A stretch of DNA of 63,290 nucleotides, filler included, from Guillardia theta CCMP2712 (taxonomy: Eukaryota > Protista > Cryptophyta): assembly GCF_000315625.1 (NCBI RefSeq). It is 4 parts of 4 records of this genome, joined end to end, with 100 filler letters (N's around TTAATTAATTAA, not from the genome) between each part and the next. Parts side by side here need not be neighbours in the genome. Positions count along the whole stretch, not along the records: positions 1 to 26,193 come from NW_005434558.1; positions 26,294 to 53,949 come from NW_005434404.1; 2 more parts are not named here. The stretch is one strand, 5' to 3'. The position numbers and the translations under genes were made by a program. The notes under the pieces were generated by a model that worked only from the letters and a program-made list of their open reading frames with translations, searched no databases and was not told where the DNA came from. The stretch's first letter is position 1; each line of letters opens with the position of its first letter. Shown here piece by piece: positions 25,096 through 37,107 of this stretch.

Positions 25096-26153
25096 ATGCG
25101 GCGGTGGGAATGGATGACGATGGCGGTGGCGATGATGGCGATGGGAGGAAGAGAGGGAGAAGCATTCCATGTATTCCTTCCTCCTTCAGGCAGCAGACAG
25201 ACAGTGTCCCAGCTCTCCACGCTCAGACCCTCTCAGTGCTTCTCGGGCTGGGTAGGTAGGAGGAACGTTGCCAAGGGTTCAGTCCCTCTGACCATGAAGG
25301 GCTTGGAGGATGAGGAATGGCAGGACCTGGCAGAGAAGCTCGCAGACCCTTTCGTCTCTCCTCTCGAGAAGCCCATGATCCTTGCAGAGCTCGCACGGCG
25401 GCGCGACCAGGTCTCGGATACTGTCTCTGACGTACTCGGAGGGCGGCGTTCCCAGGAGGCGCTGCTGGGGAGCAGAGGGAGGAAGCAGCTCAGAGCAGCT
25501 CGTGCTGTAGCCCGTCAGGTCACAGAGGACATTGTTCCCGAGGCCAGGAGGCAAGCGGAGGAGCTGCTGGAAGAGGTGAGGGGCAACGGCATCGAGAAGA
25601 TCGCTGCAGACATTCAGAGCCGTCTGCTCGTTGCCATCGACGACGCTACGGCAGAGGGCATGCTGAAGGCTCCAGGCGTGGTCTCGGTGGATGACATCGT
25701 TACAGAGCTCAGGAACGTCTTCTCCGAGACCCCTGAGGGGCTCGAGACCCCTTCCTACTCCGTGGTCAGCTCCTCGGACGAGTACGAGGTAAGGGAATAT
25801 TCGTCGATGCTTCTGGCCTCCAAGGACATGAGCACGGGCAAGCAAGAGGACGGAAACGCGTTCAACGAGCTGGCGTCCTTCCTCTTTGGCAAGAACGACA
25901 GGAAGGAGGCGATGTGAGGAGCTGGAGAGGGGGGTGGGAGGCTCGCCTGACTTGGAGCAGGAGCATGACGACACCGGTGATCACGTCGGTGGACAGGGAG
26001 GGGAGGACCCGTAGCATGTCCTTTGTGATCCCCTCCAAGTACAACCTCGACAACGTCCCCAGGCCCCTCCAGCCCTCGGACGTGACGATGAGCCGCATGG
26101 AAGCCGTCAGGGTGGCGGCGCGGGAGTTCCCGGGGTTCGCTACTCCTGCTGAG
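25096..26153 (+). CDS. SOUL/HBP haem-binding protein with bipartite plastid-type presequence; 3' end lost in gap
   Basis: GLETPSYSVVSSSDEYEVREY..GNAFNELASFLFGKN..AM|SMTTPV..MSFVIPSKY..PRP..VAAREFPGFA; intron 25914-25960; presequence ..GEAF. Confidence 0.85.
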
Positions 26154-26924
26154 GTCCTGAGAAATCTGCTTACTTCCCTCCCTCCCTCCCTCCNNNNNNN
26201 NNNNNNNNNNNNNNNNNNNNNNNNNNNNNNNNNNNNNTTAATTAATTAANNNNNNNNNNNNNNNNNNNNNNNNNNNNNNNNNNNNNNNNNNNNGGGAGGT
26301 GTGGGAGGTCTAGGAAGTTCCAGTGATTACCAGATGAGGGTCTACAGTCACGGCAGGGAACAAACCGCAGCCAACGCGGGAAAATCATGCGGGAAGGGGG
26401 AGGTAGAGAGGGAGCAGGGAAGAGATGCTCTGCTTCAGATGCTTTAGCTAGGACACCAGGGAGCTACTCTGAGCATGAAGGTAGTTTACAAGNNNNNNNN
26501 NNNNNNNNNNNNNNNNNNNNNNNNNNNNNNNNNNNNNNNNNNNNNNNNNNNNNNNNNNNNNNNNNNNNNNNNNNNNNNNNNNNNNNNNNNNNNNNNNNNN
26601 NNNNNNNNNNNNNNNNNNNNNNNNNNNNNNNNNNNNNNNNNNNNNNNNNNNNNNNNNNNNNNNNNNNNNNNNNNNNNNNNNNNNNNNNNNNNNNNNNNNN
26701 NNNNNNNNNNNNNNNNNNNNNNNNNNNNNNNNNNNNNNNNNNNNNNNNNNNNNNNNNNNNNNNNNNNNNNNNNNNNNNNNNNNNNNNNNNNNNNNNNNNN
26801 NNNNNNNNNNNNNNNNNNNNAACCGGATCAGCCGAAATGAGTGTCACGAAACGACGGAAATCTTCGAACTGAAAGCCGATCAGAACCAATCACGAACATG
26901 CTCACTTGACAAGTTCAAAGATGG

Positions 26925-27505
26925 AATACGAGTCTTATTAGTTACAAGTATCAACGTAACNNNNNNNNNNNNNNNNNNNNNNNNNNNNNNNNNNNNNNNN
27001 NNNNNNNNNNNNNNNNNNNNNNNNNNNNNNNNNNNNNNNNNNNNNNNNNNNNNNNNNNNNCGTAACGAGTCTCATTAGTTACAAGTATCCAACGTAACGA
27101 GTCTTTTTAGTTACAAGTATCAACGTAACGAGTCTCATTAGTTACAAGTATCAACGTAACGAGTCTTATTAGTTACAAGTATCCAACGTAACGAGTCTTA
27201 TTAGTTACAAGTATCAACGTAACGAGTCTCATTAGTTACAAGTATCAACGTAACGAGTCTCATTAGTTACAAGTATCAACGTAACGAGTCTCATTAGTTA
27301 CAAGTATCAACGTAACGAGTCTCATTAGTTACAAGTATCCAACGTAACGAGTCTCATTAGTTACAAGTATCAACGTAACGAGTCTCATTAGTTACAAGTA
27401 TCAACATAACGAGTCTCATTAGTTACAAGTATCAACATAACGAGTCTCATTAGTTACAAGTATCAACATAACGAGTCTCATTAGTTACAAGTATCAACAT
27501 AACGA
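26925..27505. repeat. 31-bp tandem repeat (CAACGTAACGAGTCTCATTAGTTACAAGTAT), interrupted by a gap
   Basis: About 14 visible copies after the gap; no spacers. Confidence 0.95.
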
Positions 27506-29724
27506 CTGCATCATCGCTTTGCACTGTCACTCAGTGACTATCAACATCACCGATGGCATCAAGTCCCTGAACCGCCTTCTCGTAACCTACCATTGTGCTA
27601 CCGCCGGCTATTTCTGGCCAACCCGGCGGACCTAACTTCAAAGTTCTCAGGCTGCGGCATGTCCTGAATGGTGCCCCCGAGACTCCGATTAGTGTCGCTG
27701 CCCGGGGCCCGGCCGCCGGGCCGGGCCCCGCCCGAACTCAGTTTTTACACGGTTGCTTGCCGGCACCGACCGAAAAACTACTAGGCTAGTGACCGGCCGG
27801 GCCGCGCGCTCCGAGCGAGGCTCACTGGCCCGGGGCTCGGCCTGGCGACCGTCGGCCAAGGCAAGCTCAGTTTGCCCGTCCCCGGGATAGCGTTATGGAC
27901 CGGCAGCCTGAGCCTCGGAGTCCGGCGTGCCAGGCCCCCGGGGGCCGGCCCCGGCTGAGGGACAACTTGGCAAAGTTGGCAAAGCGGCGGCTCCCGCTCG
28001 TCGGACTCTGAATGGAGTCACCGGGGTCGTGCTCAGTGTCAGGCCGCTGCCGCGCCGCGGCCATCGGACTCGGGATCGGATCATGGACTCCGGCGAGCCT
28101 CGGAGGCGAGTCCGACCGTACACTGACAGAGAGACTCGCCTCAGACCGTGCGGACGGACGGGGGGCCGGACCCGCCGCCGTCCAACTGAGCATCGGCCTG
28201 ACCGTCACCCCGGTTCAGCGGGTGCGGCACCGTCCGGGGCCCGGTTCACCGTTTGCCGCTCAGTCACTGCCGCCGCCCGGCACTGAGCTCTCCGGTGACT
28301 CTCGATGGCTCCACTCAATTCTAAAATTACTCAAAGTTAAGTGAAATCAGTATCAACAAGCTAGCTGAATCGAATAAGGAAAAAAAAACCGGAGCTCACT
28401 GGAGACATGTGCATTTTAAAATGATTGTGGTACTATACAACATTTTAAAACTGAGCTACCTAACTGGTAACTTGTAGATGAAAATTATTAAGTACAATTT
28501 GTGGTACTACCGGGTGCTCTATTCTCGTACTTCTAAAACTTTTTGAGTTCAAAACTCTTATTGTCAGGTAAAAAGGCATTTTTAATCTTTTAAAAACAAT
28601 ATAGAGGACAGAGATGGTGATGACTTGACTCACTTCGAGTGAGGGAACAACCCCCCACCGGTCATGGGCTGATATGGCATCAAAGGGGGTGGGGTACCTC
28701 ATTTGTTGTTTCGCTTTCCCCAATTTTTTGTCCCACTTTACCCCACGACCACCCCCCCTTGAGCCAAAACTTCTTGAGCTGATCCACGGGTAGTCAAGGT
28801 CGTGTGGGAGGTAGGGTGGTATCCAGGAGCAGCAATCCAAAAAAAAGTTTGAGAAAGGTTTTCCACCCCACCCCCAGAGATTTCCACATAGAGTACCCCT
28901 CCATAAGAGGTACACGCGATAAAATTCTAAAATAGTTGTAAAGAAGATAAGTTTAAAATTGATGATTTCAGTTGTGGGTCAGGTTTGCGTCCAAGTAGGG
29001 GTGGTCTGCGAAGGAGAGTACCACGGGTAGTCCAATGATCTTCTTGTGAACTTGGAATTGTAAGGGTGGGTAGGGTGGTGTACTGGAGGATATTGTTGGG
29101 TTGATACGACAGAGGGGGTAGGGGTAATAATAATATTATATATCATTATATTATTAGATTTAGGAGGAACGCCGAAGGGGTGGTGGGGGAATACAGAGCG
29201 TGTCGTTTATGTTGAAGGGTGGGGTATATCTCGGTTTGTAGAGGGGGTAGGGGTAGAGGGCGGTGTGCTGTAGTGGGGGTGGATGTAAGAATTAAGAAGC
29301 CAGGCAGGGGTTGTGTGAAAATGGAGAGAGAGGCGAAGGGATGTGAAGCAATGGAGGCAGTGAGGGAGTAGAGGAGAAGACAAGAGGACCAGGATGACGA
29401 GGAACGATGTTGACCAATGCGAGGAAGTCGAAGAGGTATCGAAGAGGTTTGATATGGCGGGAGGGGAGAGGAGGGCATGGGGGAGGGCTGGAACAGAATT
29501 GGACCAAGAATGTATCAAGAATGTATTCAGGGGGAAAGTCTTTTATACATAGCAATGAAACAATGCAAAACTGAAAGATCGATCCAGAGGGATGAAAGGG
29601 AATGAGAAGTAGTGTGAGGTGGGGAGATCTACAGCGAAAGGAGATTATGATTGGTGACTGATGCTCATCAAACTCAGGTGGGCGACAGCGGCGCCGGATG
29701 CAAGTTTCTTGTTGGGCAGCAAGG

Positions 29725-31701
29725 ATGGACGAAGAGAGTTGGTTCAGATCGCGAGCGCAAGCTCTTGAGCAACAGAACGTTCATGATGCGAGCATACTTT
29801 CAACCCACCCCACGGCTTCACATGTGCTGATGAGCAATGATTTTTACAGTGGAGGACATCCTTCTTTCATGGCCAGAGTCGACGCTCAGGATTCGATGCC
29901 TGAATTGAGCAATGCTTGTTCGCATTCTTTCCAGGGTTTGCATCAAGTTGATGATACGTCAGTTGTTTTCTTTCAAGAGACTGGTGGAAATTTGCAACCC
30001 TGTCAAAGCGTTGCTGAACCATCTTATGCCCCGGCCTCGTTACATGTGATAAATTATGCGTCAGGCTACCTGGATCAAGGGCAGGGGACAGTAAGCCAGG
30101 CGTCAGGCTACCTGGATCAAGGGCAGGGGACAGTAAGCCAGGGGTCAGGCTACCTGGATCAAGGGCAGGGGACAGTAAGCCAGGGGTCAGGCTACCTGGA
30201 TCAGAGGACTGGAAACATTACTACTCCGCAGGTAGGTGTGTCGTCGCATCCATCATGGTCCAGCAATGAAGGGTACTCGGATCAGGGACTCGGGTCCTCT
30301 GTCTCTGGACTTTCGCCGGGATCTTTTGCCAGTGATGGCTGTCCATCCCCTGAATGGAGTGAGGATGCGAGTGAGCTGTCTGCCGTTGCGTCAGACTCGA
30401 CGTTAAATCTACAACAACGGTCACATCAAGGCGATCCATGGTGTGACATCGGTGCTCATGATTACCAATTTCAGCTCGCAGGCTCTGCGATCTCTCGAGG
30501 AGAACAAATAGATTTCCAGGATGGTGGACAAGATTTTCCCACCTTTCTTTCTCCTGCGCAAAATCCGTTTCCAATCATTGATCGTTCAGACAAAATGCTT
30601 TCCAGAGCATGTTCTTTCTGCAAGAAACGGAAATTGAAATGCAGCCAGGTTCGACCCTGCGGAAATTGTTCAATGCGAGGACGATCTGCAACGTGTGATG
30701 CGACTGTAGTCCTTCCTAACTCAGCTCCATCGTGTGCAGTTGTGCAGCGGCCGCTGTACCATTCGCGCAGTATCAGCTTTCGGGACAGCGACGCTTTCAC
30801 GCGGGTGCTGATGGCCGCAAAGAGCGTGGGCATCAACCCGATGATTCTTCGAAGAATTTGGGAGGTCGGTCTGAACCCAGACAACTTCATGAGTATAATT
30901 CTCAACATGCCACCCGTGATGAAGGCAGCCTTCAATGAGGGCTGCGAGGTGCTGAGCAAGAGGTACATTCTGCATTTACAGAAGATGCGAGGTCAAATCG
31001 CCGCCCCGCATCCTCGTTCAATGCAACAGCAGCACCTCTTCTCGCTCGTCTTCGATGATGCTGAGGCGGAGATTGCTCACGTGAGCAGAATGTTGGGGCA
31101 CGAGCGCTTCTTGTGCTTTACCTTCAACCCGGAGAGTGGGGAGCGAATAAGATGCTCGCTTGGAGCTGACTATGCTGAAATCTTCGGGTTGCATACTGAG
31201 GAGTTCATGGCAAGGCTAGCGTCAAATGACCTTCCGATCCCTTCGACTGAGATCGACATGTTCTGTATCGTTGTATATTACTTCTGCAATGGTCTTAACG
31301 AAACATGTGATTTCTATGTACGACTGGACAATTACGGCAGCTCCAAGCAACATGTTCCCAGTATCTACAGGCATACGGTTGTGAAGGAGGATGACTGCTG
31401 GGGAAGGAACATTCGAACCATCTACTCGTTCGAGCCAGTAACTCCGGAGAAGTTCGACGTGATGGTCAAGTATCAACCCGAGAGAGTGCGGCCTTTCTCA
31501 AAGCTTCTTGGTGATGAGCGAACGTACGAGCAGCTGCTGCAATCGCATAAGAGCGACATGCAGTTCCGAGGAAAAATCGCCTACTGGAGGAAGTCGGGAG
31601 TTCAGCGGAAGAAGCTGGAGGTATTGGGACAGCACATGATGGCTTGTTTCAAGGAGGCTGCAGGAAAGCTGAGCGAGGTGCTGGAGAGTGTTGGAGGGTA
31701 A
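29725..31701 (+). CDS. Zn(II)2Cys6 binuclear-cluster transcription factor with 14-aa tandem repeats
   Basis: RACSFCKKRKLKCSQVRPCGNCSMRGRSATC; 42-nt repeat (SGYLDQGQGTVSQG) at 30061-30205; start could be 29698. Confidence 0.85.
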   Translation: MDEESWFRSRAQALEQQNVHDASILSTHPTASHVLMSNDFYSGGHPSFMARVDAQDSMPELSNACSHSFQGLHQVDDTSVVFFQETGGNLQPCQSVAEPSYAPASLHVINYASGYLDQGQGTVSQASGYLDQGQGTVSQGSGYLDQGQGTVSQGSGYLDQRTGNITTPQVGVSSHPSWSSNEGYSDQGLGSSVSGLSPGSFASDGCPSPEWSEDASELSAVASDSTLNLQQRSHQGDPWCDIGAHDYQFQLAGSAISRGEQIDFQDGGQDFPTFLSPAQNPFPIIDRSDKMLSRACSFCKKRKLKCSQVRPCGNCSMRGRSATCDATVVLPNSAPSCAVVQRPLYHSRSISFRDSDAFTRVLMAAKSVGINPMILRRIWEVGLNPDNFMSIILNMPPVMKAAFNEGCEVLSKRYILHLQKMRGQIAAPHPRSMQQQHLFSLVFDDAEAEIAHVSRMLGHERFLCFTFNPESGERIRCSLGADYAEIFGLHTEEFMARLASNDLPIPSTEIDMFCIVVYYFCNGLNETCDFYVRLDNYGSSKQHVPSIYRHTVVKEDDCWGRNIRTIYSFEPVTPEKFDVMVKYQPERVRPFSKLLGDERTYEQLLQSHKSDMQFRGKIAYWRKSGVQRKKLEVLGQHMMACFKEAAGKLSEVLESVGG

Positions 31702-31899
31702 AGATTTTGAGTGAGCACGAAGAATGATTAAAACAGTGAAATTTGTAAGCATGTTCGATACACAACTGAGTGTCGTCTCTCCTTACGTCCACGTCTTCCA
31801 CTCGTCGTCTTCATCGCACTGCAAGGATGACGAGGTTGAGTCGTTTCTTCCTCGATGTCTCCATCGCTTACAGCTTCTTTCTCATTCCTCCTCGTCCCC

Positions 31900-32946
31900 T
31901 CACTTCTTTCCGGTCTGGTTCGCCACGCCTTCGATCGCATTTCTGACCATCTCCGGGTCACCGAGGTAGCGGCCGGAAAGAGGAGCGTAAGCGCCTTCAG
32001 CCCTCACGGGCTTGAGGTTCTTGTCGAGCTTGTAGACAAGGGGGATGGCGGTGGGGATGTTGAGAGAGCAGATCTCCTCGTCGCTCAGACCGTCGAGGTA
32101 CTTGACAAGAGCTCGGAGGGAGTTCCCGTGAGCTGCCACAAGGACCTTCCTGCCACTCTTGATCGCTGGAGCACAAACTTCCTTCCACCACGGCAGGACT
32201 CGAGCAACAGTGTCCTTGAGACACTCAGTGCTTGGAAGGTCCTTCAGGCTTTTGTGCTGTGGCTGATTACCCGCCCAGTATGGGCTGTCAGGCGACATGG
32301 GAGGAGGAGGGGTGTCGTAGGAGCGTCTCCAGAGGTTCACCTGCTCACTGCCATGCTTCTCCACAGTTTCTTTCTTGTTCAATCCCTGGAGAGCTCCATA
32401 GTGGCGCTCGTTGAGTCGCCAGTCCTTGTCCACAGGGATCCAAAGGAGGCCGAGGTCTTCCAATATGAGCAAGCCAGTCTTGATGGCGCGTTGAAGAAGG
32501 GAGGTGAACATGACGTCGAAGCTAAATCCTTCGCTCTTAAGGCTGTTGCTTGCTCTCTTGGCCTCGTCGATTCCAGTCTCAGCGAGGGGAACATCCACCC
32601 ATCCTGTGAAGCGGTTCTCCTTGTTCCACTGAGACTCCCCATGTCGAACGAGCACCAGGGTGTAGTGGCCATTCTCATCAAGTCCATCTTCTGCCGACTT
32701 GCCTCCCATCATTTCCTTCAAACGCTCGAGCATGCCTCCTCGCAGTCGCAGCGGAGCGCGCACTTCATCGGCTACGCCTGCTCGGGAAGTAAGGAAAGCT
32801 GATGAAGGAAGGGGAGCTGACGCTCTCAAGGAGGAAAGCTGAGACGAGAGCGACAGAGGGGACGAGGACGAGGGCGAGCACGAAGGGTTCGAGGCCGCCA
32901 TCGCCGCCATCGCCGCCGCCATCGTCGCAGTGAGCCAAGAAGCCAT
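31900..32946 (-). CDS. gpmA: 2,3-BPG-dependent phosphoglycerate mutase with N-terminal targeting extension ending in LRLRGG
   Basis: [62 protein letters not shown]. Confidence 0.95.
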   Translation of the reverse strand: MASWLTATMAAAMAAMAASNPSCSPSSSSPLSLSSQLSSLRASAPLPSSAFLTSRAGVADEVRAPLRLRGGMLERLKEMMGGKSAEDGLDENGHYTLVLVRHGESQWNKENRFTGWVDVPLAETGIDEAKRASNSLKSEGFSFDVMFTSLLQRAIKTGLLILEDLGLLWIPVDKDWRLNERHYGALQGLNKKETVEKHGSEQVNLWRRSYDTPPPPMSPDSPYWAGNQPQHKSLKDLPSTECLKDTVARVLPWWKEVCAPAIKSGRKVLVAAHGNSLRALVKYLDGLSDEEICSLNIPTAIPLVYKLDKNLKPVRAEGAYAPLSGRYLGDPEMVRNAIEGVANQTGKK

Positions 32947-33792
32947 CGCGGAAGTAAGCGCAGGTCGTAACGGGAAGGACACAAGGAAGGGTGGTATGAT
33001 TGATAGGGGTAGGGGTCATCTAGGGTAACTGAAAAAATGATGGGTAGGGTAGTCTAAACTCCATGCAGACCCATAAAAAATCCTAATCAATATACTCAAA
33101 ATGAGGGGTCATGTCTCAGGTTTGAAGCAAATACTAGGGTAGGGGTACTCATACAGTTGAAAGGGCAACACCATGTTGATGTTCCTCGGGTGGGGTACTA
33201 AGAGGGGGTGATTATTAGGTCGAAAATGGGGGTACTCAGGCTCAAATAATTGGGGTTGGAGGGGTGGGGGGTATCACCACCCCTTTGCAGATGCGAACCG
33301 GTACCCATTCCAACAGATTGCAGGGCTACAGTACCCGTCGGTGCAACCCTTGAAAGTTTGGAAGTTTTGTATGCGGAATGTTTCAAACAAACTTTTTGAA
33401 GAGTGACACTCTTCAAAACTTGAAACTTTCAACGTACAGTCAAACGCCGTGGCAATCATGCGGCGGCCGCGCGGCCTGAGCCTACGGTTGGCACCGTACG
33501 GTTCGAAGGCTCTCGCCGAGGATCGGAGGGCCCAGGCGGTCAACGACGTCACAACTCAGTGACTGTCAATTTACTGAGTTGGACCGAGGCGATGTTAAGG
33601 TACGTCACTCTCAGTGCCGGCGGCTTGGCCGCCGAAGTCAGAGCTTGGCCCTTCACTTCAACGCCGTCGTCACAGACGCAGTGACTGAGTCGACTGAGAG
33701 CCTGGTGTAGGACTCTCACTGTCAATGAGCTTGCGAACTGCTGGATGCATCACGGCGACACAGGCCGGGCGGATAAACTGAAACGGTTCGAG

Positions 33793-35288
33793 TCATGGGC
33801 TCTCAAGCCTCAGCAGGTGGGGGGGTCCGTTCCTTGCGCGGAGAAGCGGCTGAGCGGCTCCTGGAGCGGGAGCGGGAGCGAGACCTTGCAGCAAGTTAGT
33901 CATTCCTTCCTCGAATCCTCCAGCAGGCATTCCGAGCTTGGTTGAGTTTGAACATTCTTTCTCCCCATCCCCCCTCCCAGTCCGGAATTGAGTCCCAGCA
34001 TCAACTCTCTCCTCACTCCCTCTCACCTTGCCGCCTTGTCCCGCGACTTGGATTTGCTCCTCGAGCGACTGTTATACAAGGATGAGAATGAAGCAGATAT
34101 GCAAGACAAGGAGAGGAGAAGCGAGTCACACCTGTCGCGTCCTCGGCTGCGATCTCGGCTCCTGCTGCGGTCGCGATCCTTGAGGACAAGTGAGGGTCCA
34201 ACATCATGCAGGAAATCCCTCACATCGTCCGGCTGGTCCTTGGGCTTCTTCACGCGAATGTAACTGGTTTCCGAGATATAGCTCCTGCTCTTCCATCAGC
34301 CTCTCTTTCCACATTTACTCCTCCATCCTACTACTGCTTACCTCGGGTTGCGCCATTCGGTATCGTCGAACTTGAGAGATAACAAACAGGAAAGACAACA
34401 GGAGAGGAGCGCATGCGTCGACGTCAGCAAGACTCCAGGCAGCAGCATGTTTCACCTTGGAGATAGCGTACTCTTGGTCGGACTTGTTGGCGAACTCCAC
34501 GATTCCGCCCCCCTGGAGAGTGTGAGAAAACCACCCGTGAACGCCTCCTCCACCTGGCGATCGACGTCACTGAAGATGACTTCTCCAGCAGACCGGAAGA
34601 AATCCTTCAGATCCTGCAAGGGCGTGGTGAGACAGCTTCCAGCTTTCATTCAGCTCACCTGCCACGAGGCGGACGGAGGGAGGCCGGAGATGATGATGCG
34701 ATGATCCGATCGCCGGAGGTCTCGAGGAGGAGCACGATTTCCTGCTTGTGACTTGCGCCTTCATAGCCAGATCAATCAGTCAGTGCGCACACAGCCCTGC
34801 CTCCGTCTTCCTCCTTTCCAACCCAACTCCCTCCCCATTCTACGTACCCATCTTGGCTGCTTCGCGACATTTCCACGCGCAGCCTCTGGCCCTCAAACAT
34901 GACGCCATCTGCTGAGGCATCAGCTGCGGCGAGAAAGCACTCGAAGCCCTTACCTCGACCTCTCACAGCGTCTTCAGCGTCTTCGGGATACTCGAAGGAG
35001 ACAAATGCGAAAGCAGGAGGTCTGTGCATACAAATTACAAGAAAATAAGTCACAATGCAAGGAAATGCACCTGGAAGGAGTCTTGAGATCGATATCCCGG
35101 ATCCTATCAGTTTCCCGTCATTCTCGTTCTCGCCTTGCACATCGTTGGCAACCTTCCATACTTGTAGAACAGATCCTCAACGTCTCGAGTGCGAATGTCA
35201 AGTGGAAGGTTCCCAACTGCAAATCTGGTAAGCGAGTCGAGGCCAAATTTTATTCTCTGTTTACACTCTTACCGTAAATTCGCGACAT
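33793..35288 (-). CDS. SRSF1/SF2-ASF-like SR splicing factor (two RRMs + RS domain), multi-exon
   Basis: MSRIY|[44 protein letters not shown]|DG..GQRLRVE; SASWQ|[12 protein letters not shown] (SWQDLKD); RSRSRDRSR tail; 3' end approximate. Confidence 0.88.
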
Positions 35289-35723
35289 CGAACTTGTCTG
35301 ATTTTGTCAAGATACGGAAGACAAAGTCAAATTCGTGAATTGAATTAAAAATCGAAAAGCCGGCTAATGCACGATTTTGATACGATGTACATTAACGAAT
35401 AGACAGAAAATGTTGCATGCACATGCAACATTTTCACTCACGCATACGCGTCGCACCTTATAATGCCAAGCATACGGGGGAGGAGGGAGGTACATCGAAA
35501 TAAATAAGCGGGGCACAGCAAAAAGGTTTTGACGGTATTAAGACCATAAACACAATATCAAATCGATAGGAAAGATATCATATTCCCTTTCACAATATAC
35601 ACGGATGTTGTACAGAAAGAACTTGTTGTTTACTGCTCATCTTTTCTGTCTATAGTCTCAATATCCAAACGAGCTCTTCCTGACCGAGGGAGCATGCCAC
35701 TCGACGGAGTTAGCGCAGAATCC

Positions 35724-35848
35724 CTCCGAGCTATCGAAGCTTTCTGATCCTGATCCTCCACCTTCTCCTCCGAGCTATCAAAGCTTCCTGATCCACCTTC
35801 TCCTCCGAGCTATCAAAGCTTCCTGCTCCACCTTCTCCTCCGAGCTAC
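35724..35848. repeat. ~35-bp tandem repeat x3 (CTCCGAGCTATCAAAGCTTCCTGATCCACCTTCTC)
   Basis: Direct repetition. Confidence 0.8.
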
Positions 35849-37107
35849 CCCATCTTGTCCTGGGATCCTTTCAAGCCTTTAGCTGTCTGTACTCATCCAT
35901 CCGATCCCCTCTTGTGCGCAAAGACATAGAGATAAAACGCTTCCCGTCTCGCATGCTTTCATGACCTCAATTGCTGCCCAAAAATGATGGAAAAGCGGAG
36001 CACATGACTTGCTTTTATGCATTCATATTCTCTTCTCGCCCCTTGATTGCACTCATCTCATCTCTTATCTCATCTCATTTCATCTCTCTCCGATCGTTTC
36101 AGAACATCCAGCTCTCTCTCTCTCGTATTCTCCCCTTCTCCCCTTCTCACTGCAGCGTCCTCCATCCTCCCGCCATTTTTCCTCTCCTCTGCACGCGCTT
36201 TCCTCGAATTCCGTACGCAACAAGCCCTAATGAGTAAATGTTTTACTTATCGTGGAGCAGGTACAAAGCGTGGCTTCCCGACGGCACCCAAGCCTTTGAG
36301 CCTGAGTACCGGTGGTTATAAGACCTTCACACCCTAGATCGGACCGGTGCTTCAATAGTAGAGCTCAGTTCCGACTCGGCGGCCGCACGGGCCGGCGGGC
36401 CCGGCGCTCCCTGTAATGCGGCATGAGTACTCCCGCCGGGCCGGTGCCATCGTTATGCTTCAACGTGACGGCCATGATACTCATGATGGGTTACGGCCAT
36501 GATACTGCATGATGGGTTGATAGTTGGAGTCAACATGATGTAGCATCAGTCACTGACTGTGAGAGCCGAAGTTTACTAAGCTAGTTTACAGCATGGCTGT
36601 GCGAAGGACGAGAGGCGATGGAGGCAGGGCGATAGTTCCTGCTCTTCCATGGAAGCTGCCCTCTCGCTTCGTCCCCCGTCTCCCCTCCGCCCCCTCCTTG
36701 CCCAGACTTCCCATTCCCCGGCGCCCGTGAGTTCGACGCCGTCGTGTAAGGAACTGGGAAATGTGAAGTCACCAATGGCTCAACCGTGACCACTGACCAT
36801 CAACACATCCTCCTCGTCCTCGTCCTTCCTCCTCGTCCTCGTCCTTCCTCCTCGTCTTCGTCCTTCCTCTTCGACCCTGTCCTTCCTCCTCGTCTTCGTC
36901 CTTCCTCTTCGACCTTGTCCTTCCTCCTCGTCCTCGTCCTTCCTCCTCGTCCTCGTCTTCATCCTTCCTCCTCGACCACCTCCCACTACCTTCACACTCT
37001 CAAAGCACAACCATCTACCTCATGGATTCAACCTCATTCTACTCGACAACCTCCCCCCACCCCCACCCGTATCCATCTCGCCTTACACTCGCCCACTGCT
37101 TCTCTCC

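Noticed and set aside
26238-26249. TTAATTAATTAA inside N runs (also ~53994 and ~60752)
   Set aside because: All-frame stop linker used as an assembly gap filler
26925-27505. 31-bp repeat as a CRISPR array
   Set aside because: Units are contiguous with no unique spacers; eukaryotic context with no cas genes
31855-32802. 315-aa plus-strand ORF
   Set aside because: Antisense shadow of the phosphoglycerate mutase
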